NCBI GenBank assembly: GCA_963803805.1
Contig: CAWDOD010000002.1
Span: 1,312,001 to 1,376,000 of the forward strand
DNA length: 64,000 nucleotides
Source: an uncultured cyanobacterium
Lineage (GTDB): Bacteria > Cyanobacteriota > Cyanobacteriia > Cyanobacteriales > CAWCAG01
Direction of reading: 5' to 3'
The notes below the pieces were generated by a model that made no database searches, had not been told where the DNA came from, and saw nothing but the letters and a program-made list of their open reading frames with translations. Made by a program: the position numbers and the translations under genes. This document shows positions 56,765 to 64,000 of the stretch, in pieces. Position 1 is the first letter of the stretch, and every line of letters begins with the position of its first letter.

Positions 56765-57190
56765 TTGGGACTCAAGACAATTATTGTGGCTATAGATAGT
56801 TCAGAAAGGTCAAGGCATGAAGTTGTAGCGGCTCTCAAAACTTTCTATATCCAAGCAACAACTAAAATAATTTTCTCCCACGTCTCTCCTACTTTCAATC
56901 TTGCCAATGAAGATGGCTATAAACCTCATCAGTCTCAAGAAGAAACACATCGTCAGTTAGAAGAGGAAATCAAGTCTTATCAAGACCAATTAGGGGGCAA
57001 GTGTGAGTTGGAAATAGTTAGCGGTGATCCAGCAGAGGAGATTATTCGCCTAGCTAATATTTATGATGCTGATTTAATTGTGATTGGTAATCGTGGCTTA
57101 AAAGGTTTCACACGAGTTATACAAGGTTCTGTAAGTAGTCAAGTTGTTTCTGATGGCCCTTGTTCTGTTTTAGTGGTGAAGGCTAGTTAA
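56765..57190 (+). CDS. Universal stress protein
   Basis: IIVAIDSS, GDPAEEI, ADLIVIGNRG, GSVSSQVV..PCSVLVVK. Confidence 0.92.
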   Translation: MGLKTIIVAIDSSERSRHEVVAALKTFYIQATTKIIFSHVSPTFNLANEDGYKPHQSQEETHRQLEEEIKSYQDQLGGKCELEIVSGDPAEEIIRLANIYDADLIVIGNRGLKGFTRVIQGSVSSQVVSDGPCSVLVVKAS

Positions 57191-57316
57191 TCATGCTTTT
57201 CCTTTTGTTACCAGATACGCCTATTTTAGGGAAAGGGGTCAAGGGTAAAGATATCTCAACTCGGAATGAGAACTTTGGCGTGATCGCCAGGTGGAGAATC
57301 ATCAAAGATTACTTAT

Positions 57317-57895
57317 TTATTTGATACCCTGTAAATCATCCTTAATTTCAGCCCAAAAAGTACGGTTGTAAGGATCTGTCCGTAGAGCTTTCTTGAAATA
57401 AACTTTTGCTTTCCTTACTTGGGAATCGCTCTGTTTACCTGTGGCATCTCGCAATAACTTTCTTCCTTGTTGTTGATAAGTAATTGCTTGCCACTGACGT
57501 ACTTCTGGATCTAAAGGCCAACGTTGTGCTAAAGCTTCTACCAAAGTGATCGCTCTTATCAAATTCCCCTCTTGTAATAATTGCTGGAGAGATTTATAGG
57601 AGTCCCACTTCAGTTTTTGGTCTTGGGTAGATAGCTTAGGAACAAAATTGAAATTAAAAGGTTGAGGCTTTGGAGGGGCAGGAGTTTTCGTGGGAACTTT
57701 TTTCTGGCGCTCCAAGGTTTTAAGGAGGCGTTTATAAGCATCTGTAAGCTGAATAAATTTAGCTTGGGCTTCTCGGCTATCTGGATTGATATCAGGGTGA
57801 TATTGCCTTGCCAAACGACGATAGGCACTCTTAACTTGCTCTGGGTTAGCTCCAGATTTTAAACCTAACAAGTTATAGCAGTTTGCCAGATTCAT
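57317..57895 (-). CDS. J-domain protein with TPR-like C-terminus
   Basis: CYNLLGL, KSAYRRLARQYHPD. Confidence 0.88.
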   Translation of the reverse strand: MNLANCYNLLGLKSGANPEQVKSAYRRLARQYHPDINPDSREAQAKFIQLTDAYKRLLKTLERQKKVPTKTPAPPKPQPFNFNFVPKLSTQDQKLKWDSYKSLQQLLQEGNLIRAITLVEALAQRWPLDPEVRQWQAITYQQQGRKLLRDATGKQSDSQVRKAKVYFKKALRTDPYNRTFWAEIKDDLQGIK

Positions 57896-57950
57896 TCGCT
57901 TCGCGGAAGTCAAAATTTAACTTAGTGGTTGGAAGATTATAAGGTAATTA

Positions 57951-57995
57951 GCGATCGCCTCAAGAAAAATCAGACTAAATTCTTGAGGCGATCGC
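57951..57995. terminator. 16-bp perfect hairpin closed by two HIP1 sites downstream of clpP
   Basis: GCGATCGCCTCAAGAA / TTCTTGAGGCGATCGC. Confidence 0.55.
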
Positions 57996-58047
57996 CCAAA
58001 TTTTAATTGATCCTTAGCTATTCTTAAACAGGGAAACTATGAAAACT

Positions 58048-58644
58048 TTAATTTGGTCTTTCAGTAATCACCCGGTCAATTATGCCGTACTCCTTAGACT
58101 CCTCTGCTGACATAAAAAAGTCTCTATCGACATCTTTCTCTATCTTCTCCACAGCTTGACCTGTACGATCAGCATACATTTGGTTAAGTTGTCGACGCAT
58201 ACGGATAATTTCCCTAGCTTCAATTTCAATATCCGTAGCTTGGCCCCTCGTCCCCCCAGAAGGTTGATGAATCATAATTCGCGAATGAGGCAAAGCTAAG
58301 CGTTTTCCTTTAGTTCCAGCAGCGAGAAGGAAAGACCCCATAGAGGCAGCTAAACCCACACAAATTGTTACCACATCGGATTTGATATGTTGCATGGTAT
58401 CGTAGATACCCAAGCCGGCCGTAACGCTTCCTCCGGGAGAATTGATGTAGAGGTAAATATCTTTACCAGGATCATCCGAATCCAAATAAAGCATTACAGC
58501 AATAATTTGATTAGCCAACTCATCATCAACCTCTTTACCAAGAAAGATAATACGCTCCCGGTAAAGACGATTATAAATATCAATCCATTGAGTATATTGT
58601 TCCCCTGGCATTCTGTAAGGAACTTTAGGCACACCAATTGGCAT
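58048..58644 (-). CDS. clpP: ATP-dependent Clp protease proteolytic subunit (ClpP3-type)
   Basis: [24 protein letters not shown] (catalytic Ser), IMIHQP. Confidence 0.95.
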   Translation of the reverse strand: MPIGVPKVPYRMPGEQYTQWIDIYNRLYRERIIFLGKEVDDELANQIIAVMLYLDSDDPGKDIYLYINSPGGSVTAGLGIYDTMQHIKSDVVTICVGLAASMGSFLLAAGTKGKRLALPHSRIMIHQPSGGTRGQATDIEIEAREIIRMRRQLNQMYADRTGQAVEKIEKDVDRDFFMSAEESKEYGIIDRVITERPN

Positions 58645-58685
58645 AATTCGCTCCGTTATTTTTAAGTTATTAAGACAGTATTTTT

Positions 58686-59345
58686 TTAGATAGAACCAGC
58701 AGGAATAGGAATCTGCGCACCCTCAGAAGCCTCTAAGACTCGGTCAATTAAGCCATAGTCTACGGCCTCTTGAGGAGTCAAATAAAAGGTTCTGTCCATA
58801 TCTTTGACCAGTTTTTCTGGGTCTTGACCTGTATTTTTGGCCAAAATATCAATGGTAGTTTTTTTATTTGCGATCACCTCGCGGGCGCGGATTTGAATAT
58901 CTGTCGCTTGGCCTTGAGCATAGCTCCTGGGTTGATTCAAAATAATTGAAGCGTGGGGTAAACTAGCTCGACAACCTTTCGTTCCCGCAGACAGTAACAT
59001 TGCGGCCATTCCCATAGCCATGCCCAAGCAAATGGTATGTACTGGAGGTTTGATGTAGTTGATGGTATCGCAAATGGCAAAAGCTTCTGTATCAAAGCCT
59101 ATCGGTTCGCCATCATAGTAAGACGTACCTGTGGAATTGATGTAAATTTTGATTGGCTTATCTGGGTCGTCGTACTGTAAATACAGTAGTTCTGCAACAA
59201 TTAATTCTGTTACCTGAGGAACCAGAGGCATACCCAAATAAACAATCCTCTCTTTTAATAACAAAGAGGGTAAATCTGGGGGAGGAGTTCTATAGGATAC
59301 ACCCCCACCATAGGGGGCTTGAACAGCTTGAATCTGTGATTTCAT
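58686..59345 (-). CDS. clpR: Non-catalytic Clp subunit ClpR
   Basis: [23 protein letters not shown] insertion, no catalytic Ser/His (GMAMGMA, ILNQP); upstream of clpP. Confidence 0.9.
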   Translation of the reverse strand: MKSQIQAVQAPYGGGVSYRTPPPDLPSLLLKERIVYLGMPLVPQVTELIVAELLYLQYDDPDKPIKIYINSTGTSYYDGEPIGFDTEAFAICDTINYIKPPVHTICLGMAMGMAAMLLSAGTKGCRASLPHASIILNQPRSYAQGQATDIQIRAREVIANKKTTIDILAKNTGQDPEKLVKDMDRTFYLTPQEAVDYGLIDRVLEASEGAQIPIPAGSI

Positions 59346-59770
59346 GGGGTTGTCATTGGTCATTGGTAATTGGCCATGGAATTTAGAGGTTTACAGGTAT
59401 TTTTGCTGTAGCCGTTAGGAGAGGTTTTAAGGTTATGAAAAACTTGAACCTGCAACCATCAGCACCACGGACGCGCTTCAACCAAATAAGGCTATTACCC
59501 TTCGATTCTAGCTTATTCCCCAAAATTTCCTTTTCTTCTGCTTGTAAGGATATCCTCATCTTTAAGCTTTACCCATCTACCCATCTCCTAATTTAAGTGA
59601 GGTTTTTGCATTGAGGGGTTTATTGGTAGTGGAGAGGGAAAAAATGCTTCTTAATCGAGAACTGTTCTTTCTTTTGGAAAAACGCCAAACCTGCTACTAC
59701 TATCAATGCCCAAAGCCTGCTAATCTATAAACTTTGGAAAAATAATAACTTACTGACCAAATAAAGATTT

Positions 59771-60664
59771 ATGAGCAGTGAAAGTGAATACATTAGGAAA
59801 GCAGAAGCCACTCGCGTTAGGGTCTTGAGTGAAGCTTTACCCTACATTCAACAATTTGCTGGCCGCACAGTGGTGGTTAAATATGGTGGGGCAGCAATGA
59901 AGGATCAAAGACTTAAGGACAAAGTAGTTAGGGATATTGTCTTTTTATCTTGTGTCGGTTTGCGTCCGGTGGTAGTCCACGGTGGCGGGCCAGAAATTAA
60001 TAGCTGGTTAACCAAGTTGGGCATTGAACCTCAATTCAAAGATGGTTTGCGCGTAACCGATGCCCCGACTATGGATGTGGTGGAGATGGTGTTAGTTGGT
60101 CGAGTGAATAAAGAACTCGTTTCCTTAATTAACCGTGCTGGAGGGGCTGCCGTTGGTTTGTGCGGTAAAGATGGTAACTTGATTAAAGCTAGACCCGAAG
60201 GAAGAGAAGGTATTGGTTTTGTTGGGGAAGTTAGTAGTATTGATACTAAACTTGTAGAATCATTGGTTAGTAATGGTTACGTGCCAGTTATTTCTAGTGT
60301 GGCAGCCGATATTACAGGGCAAGCTTACAATATTAATGCCGATACTGTGGCTGGAGAATTAGCGGCAGCTTTGGGGGCAGAAAAGTTAATTTTGCTTACA
60401 GATACCCCCGGTATATTAGAAGACTACAAAGAACCTTCAAGTTTGCTACCAAAACTTGATATCCAACAAGCTAGGGATTTGATTGATAAAGGGGTTGTCG
60501 GTGGAGGAATGATTCCCAAGGTTAACTGTTGTGTTCGTTCCTTAGCCCAAGGTGTCCATGCAGCACATATAATTGATGGTCGCATTCCCCATGCCCTTTT
60601 GCTAGAAATTTTTACCGATGACGGTATTGGTTCTATGTTAGTGGCTTCAGGATATTTTGTTTAA
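59771..60664 (+). CDS. argB: Acetylglutamate kinase
   Basis: [35 protein letters not shown]. Confidence 0.97.
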   Translation: MSSESEYIRKAEATRVRVLSEALPYIQQFAGRTVVVKYGGAAMKDQRLKDKVVRDIVFLSCVGLRPVVVHGGGPEINSWLTKLGIEPQFKDGLRVTDAPTMDVVEMVLVGRVNKELVSLINRAGGAAVGLCGKDGNLIKARPEGREGIGFVGEVSSIDTKLVESLVSNGYVPVISSVAADITGQAYNINADTVAGELAAALGAEKLILLTDTPGILEDYKEPSSLLPKLDIQQARDLIDKGVVGGGMIPKVNCCVRSLAQGVHAAHIIDGRIPHALLLEIFTDDGIGSMLVASGYFV

Positions 60665-60714
60665 TTACTTTAAAGAAGTCAAAGCCAGTTATTCATTTGT
60701 TGTTGCCATAGGCA

Positions 60715-61104
60715 TCATCGACTAAGGCGAATTTGCACTCCATCAGAACCTAGATAAATATAAGAACCTTGGTTTTGATAATGCTGATGCTGATAAACCG
60801 GAGGATAAACTACCGTAGGATTGACGATCACAGGTGGGTAAACTACTTGATTATGTCCAGGTACGATTATTTGAGGACTAGGGAAATGAATGGTGGAGTT
60901 GCGCCTGTTTCTGCTTAAAGGATGTGTTCCAGGAACAGGGGTATAGACAGGATTGGTGTAGATAATGGTTGGTTGTTGAATTGGGTAAACAGTGGTTCTT
61001 TGTATGACTACTGGTTTAGCATTGGCTGGCAAATTACTATTTAGGGCAGCAGCTATGCATAATAGCAACGGGTTGAAGGCATTGTTTAGGGTTCGTTTCA
61101 ACAT
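60715..61104 (-). CDS. Hypothetical Pro/Val/Tyr-rich secreted protein
   Basis: Signal-like N-terminus ending PANA, repeated VVYPP. Confidence 0.6.
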   Translation of the reverse strand: MLKRTLNNAFNPLLLCIAAALNSNLPANAKPVVIQRTTVYPIQQPTIIYTNPVYTPVPGTHPLSRNRRNSTIHFPSPQIIVPGHNQVVYPPVIVNPTVVYPPVYQHQHYQNQGSYIYLGSDGVQIRLSR

Positions 61105-61204
61105 GATTTAACCAACAGGGAAAAGAGATAGATAGTCAATAAAGTCTATTTTCTGAAGACGTTGTAAATTAGTAAAAGTTTCATTGTAATTTTAAAATCC
61201 TATA

Positions 61205-61717
61205 ATGAATTTGGAAGAGCAAGAAAAATTACAAGTTGAGTTTCAAGCTGGTAAAAAAGCCCTGGAACGAGGTGAATATCGTCTTAGTATTAAGCATTTA
61301 GAGACAGCTAGTAAATTATCCCGTTTTGGTACTCGTTTAGGGGGAGAAGTTGGTATTTGGCTGATGAGTGCTTATCAAGCAGCTAATCAAATGGAACAAG
61401 CAATCGCCCTTGGACAGAAATTAGCAAAGCATCCTTTTCAAGAAGTGGCCCAGCAAAGCAGACGATTACTTTATATTATACAAGCCCCTCAATTGGTTAG
61501 ACCGCGAGAATGGATGAGCGAAATCCCTGACTTAACCAATTTAGAAGAGAGTCAGCCCCAGGATCGTCGCGGCAGTGGTTTATCGAAATCAAGACACAAA
61601 TTAAAGGAATCTCAACCTCTTGATTTAAGTGAGGTTAATACCCAAGATAACCAATTCATTTGGCTAGCTTTGGTTACTATAATTGTGATCTTCGGAGGGT
61701 TATGGTTAATTGCCTGA
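61205..61717 (+). CDS. Hypothetical TPR-like protein with C-terminal TM
   Basis: ALERGEYR, LLYIIQAPQLVRPREWMSEIPDL, VNTQDNQF then TM. Confidence 0.75.
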   Translation: MNLEEQEKLQVEFQAGKKALERGEYRLSIKHLETASKLSRFGTRLGGEVGIWLMSAYQAANQMEQAIALGQKLAKHPFQEVAQQSRRLLYIIQAPQLVRPREWMSEIPDLTNLEESQPQDRRGSGLSKSRHKLKESQPLDLSEVNTQDNQFIWLALVTIIVIFGGLWLIA

Positions 61718-61722
61718 AAAAC

Positions 61723-62427
61723 CTAACTCTCTTTGTCTTTAGTAATAGATTCAACAGGATTTTTCTCAGAAAAGCCCCAAAAGAATACTACAGCAATCCC
61801 CACAATCATTAACCATTCTGGAGGAACTAACTCAGGATTGATCGCTCTAACCAATAAACGCAAACCTACCAATCCGACGGTGGTATAACCTGCGGTTTCT
61901 AAATAAGTAAATTTATCTAACCAACCAATAAATAGCTCAGCTAAAAATCTTAGAGTAATTACACCAATAGTTCCACCGGCAATCACTAACCAAATTTGGT
62001 CAGAAATAGCGATCGCTGTGGTAACACTATCTAAAGAGAAAGCTAAATCTGTCACCGCAATCATGGGGATAGCTTGCCATAATGAAACAAACTTTGGGCC
62101 GTGTAGTGTTTCAGTATCATCTTGGTTAGAAGTAAAATATTTGAAGACTAACCAAAGTAAATATAATGCTCCGAGTACCTCAAACTGCCAATATTGAATT
62201 ACCCAAGTAGCTGTAAGGATCAGAGTGATACGGAGAACATAGGCTGCTACTAAACCAAAATTGAGGGCCTTGCGCTGGAGTTCCTTATCTTCTAGACCTT
62301 GGGCAATAGAGGCTAGGGCAATAGCATTATCTGCTGATAATACCGCTTCTAGGGCAATGAGAATCAATAAAATTAAAGGAGCTTCAATGCCTAAATCAAG
62401 GGGAGAGTTGAGAAGTGAATCTAGCAT
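61723..62427 (-). CDS. TerC family membrane protein
   Basis: LEAVLSADNA, DLAFSLDSV.TA, GVITLRF. Confidence 0.9.
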   Translation of the reverse strand: MLDSLLNSPLDLGIEAPLILLILIALEAVLSADNAIALASIAQGLEDKELQRKALNFGLVAAYVLRITLILTATWVIQYWQFEVLGALYLLWLVFKYFTSNQDDTETLHGPKFVSLWQAIPMIAVTDLAFSLDSVTTAIAISDQIWLVIAGGTIGVITLRFLAELFIGWLDKFTYLETAGYTTVGLVGLRLLVRAINPELVPPEWLMIVGIAVVFFWGFSEKNPVESITKDKES

Positions 62428-62460
62428 TAAAAGTTTGTTATGGCGACTAAAAATACTTAT

Positions 62461-62474
62461 GTAATTAATGTTAC
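62461..62474. promoter_or_regulatory. Possible NtcA site between the TerC gene and psaM
   Basis: GTAATTAATGTTAC = GTA-N8-TAC. Confidence 0.3.
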
Positions 62475-62596
62475 CTTAATCCCTGCTCCCTCTCCTCGAT
62501 CCCTGTTTTATGTATTCTTGTTACAGAATGTTTCGCAAATGGCAGTCGATAGCGCAAATTAGTGAAATAAACTTGGAAAATGAGGAGTTATTTATT

Positions 62597-62695
62597 ATGG
62601 GTTTATCAGATACTCAAGTTTTCATAGCTTTGGCGATCGCCTTATTACCAGGAATTCTGGCTTTGCGTTTGTCTACGGAATTGTACAAATCCTAA
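62597..62695 (+). CDS. psaM: Photosystem I reaction centre subunit XII
   Basis: [40 protein letters not shown]. Confidence 0.96.
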   Translation: MGLSDTQVFIALAIALLPGILALRLSTELYKS

Positions 62696-62731
62696 GCTTA
62701 GAATAACTAGCAACCCTTAATTTAGATATTG

Positions 62732-62818
62732 AAGAGGTTAAAGGGGTTGACTGTCACTTGTTAAAAGACTATTGTCAACAAGTCACTCACAACCACCCTA
62801 GCCTCTTAATTTTTTTTT
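62732..62818 (+). terminator. Long imperfect hairpin plus T-tract after psaM
   Basis: AAGAGGTTA..GGTTG..ACTTGTT / AACAAGT..CAACC..TAGCCTCTT, then a T-run. Confidence 0.55.
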
Positions 62819-63079
62819 GTCGAGTTTCGGTTAGAACTGAGCAAATTGCTGTAAATTGTCAACAATAGCATCAATGTGCAAGCTGCGGATTGTCATTTTT
62901 ACTCATTAGTTCCATCCTGATTCTGTATGAACCTAAAGGGATTTTGCTTTTCAGGTTAGTTTCCTAACCATTGCGTACTGATTTCTACTAAAGCTTTGGC
63001 TAATTTCATAGCGATTTTTATTATTAACCTGTTTTGTAGTGACCAGCAACGCACTTGCCAAAACTCGACTTTAAATTAA

Positions 63080-63445
63080 ATGAACGCACTTAGATCCCCA
63101 GAACCAACTCCCTTAAAAAAACGCCCTCTGAAGACTCGACGCAAAAAGCTTCCCCAGCGTCAGCCTCAAAGCGCTATTGTTGCGGAGATAGTCGTCAAAG
63201 TACTAGCCAATGCTATTTTATCTGTGGCGGCAATTACAGCATTGATCAAGCTTTTACCCCATCACTTTTCCCAACAATCCAAGTTAAGCGATGTTAGGCA
63301 AGAAGCAAGCCATACTGAAAAACGAGTCCAGGATTTGCGAGAAAAATTGGAGTATACCCTTGGTACAGGGAATGAAGATGAAGTTATGAATCTCCAAACT
63401 GGACTTAAAGATCCCAATAAGCTACCAGTGGTTTTTAATGACTAA
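63080..63445 (+). CDS. Slr1601-like putative cell-division protein (TM plus coiled coil)
   Basis: Basic N-terminus, single TM, LLPHHFSQQSKL..coiled coil. Confidence 0.6.
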   Translation: MNALRSPEPTPLKKRPLKTRRKKLPQRQPQSAIVAEIVVKVLANAILSVAAITALIKLLPHHFSQQSKLSDVRQEASHTEKRVQDLREKLEYTLGTGNEDEVMNLQTGLKDPNKLPVVFND

Positions 63446-63463
63446 ATACCCAAAGAATTTAGG

Positions 63464-64000
63464 TTAGGCACTAAGGGGATGAAGAAGTTCTTGTAGCCAA
63501 AGTTGAACATTTTTGGCATATTGCTGAGAAGTTGACACATTAGCTAAAGAACGTTGGTAATCAGCCACAGCACAATTCCAATCTCCCCTGAGATGGTAGC
63601 TGCGCCCTCTTTCAGCATAAATTCTTCCTTGCAAGCGCTTCCCTAACGCTAAAGCTAAATCAAAGTTTTCTATAGCTAAATCGTATAATCCTAACTGGCG
63701 AAAGGCGATCCCCTGGTTAATCCAAGCCCGAATATTGCCAGGATTAAAATCTAAAGCAATTTCATAATCTTTTAAAGCCGCAGCTAAGTTACCTTGAGAT
63801 GCGTAACAATTGGCGCGGTTATTATAGGCGCTATCTAAGCGTGGATTGATTTCTATAGCTTGGGAAAGATCAGCGATCGCCTCAGAGAGTTGACCGTTTT
63901 TGCTATACATTAGCCCCCGATTATTATAATTACTTGCGTTACGAGGATTATGTTCAATTAATTGAGTAAGGACGGTGATCGCCGTTTTATAGTCACCCCG
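63464..64000 (-). CDS. TPR protein (5'-truncated by window edge)
   Basis: Frame open to 64000; YNNRG, AYNNRANCY, AWINQG, HLRGDWNCAVADY. Confidence 0.88.
   Translation of the reverse strand, partial: RGDYKTAITVLTQLIEHNPRNASNYNNRGLMYSKNGQLSEAIADLSQAIEINPRLDSAYNNRANCYASQGNLAAALKDYEIALDFNPGNIRAWINQGIAFRQLGLYDLAIENFDLALALGKRLQGRIYAERGRSYHLRGDWNCAVADYQRSLANVSTSQQYAKNVQLWLQELLHPLSA

Noticed and set aside
59346-59363. Track's upstream start for clpR (MTNDNP...)
   Set aside because: Generated by CAATGAC heptamer repeats; MKSQIQ at 59345 is more plausible.
483-62464. Many short track ORFs antisense to or nested in confident genes (e.g. 553-900, 8898-9296, 16615-17013, 27489-27890, 35591-36049)
   Set aside because: Shadow frames of well-supported genes with no independent evidence.
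1-64000. tRNA, rRNA, tmRNA, retron or prophage genes
   Set aside because: None recognised by eye; tRNAscan-SE and Infernal would be needed to exclude them fully.

Overview
64 kb of AT-rich cyanobacterial chromosome, recognised from abundant HIP1 (GCGATCGC, about 30 counted by eye), heptameric STRR repeats, and petG, psaM, nblA, hli, cytM, sigA, clpR/clpP and argB. It is mostly housekeeping and stress genes (srxA-dps, msrA, two USPs, Hik34-like kinase, malic enzyme, cobA, hisH, rsmD, serC, rpiA) with small accessory inserts between them. The inserts are an orphan C5-methyltransferase with a decayed restriction-enzyme stub, an HrgA-like / AlkD-like / orphan halogenase-like trio, an Rpn nuclease, a coupled hypothetical + PIN-nuclease pair, and a CHAT-NTPase pseudogene fused to an IS110 remnant. 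The best leads are: (1) the hypothetical + PIN two-gene module (candidate undescribed toxin-antitoxin or anti-phage system); (2) a family of ~28-bp dispersed elements inserted in heptamer repeats, occurring as two co-varying hairpin subtypes that form inverted heterodimers; (3) a structured element and a small ORF flanking nblA. No rRNA, tRNA or CRISPR array was seen. All family calls come from motif recognition, not database searches.
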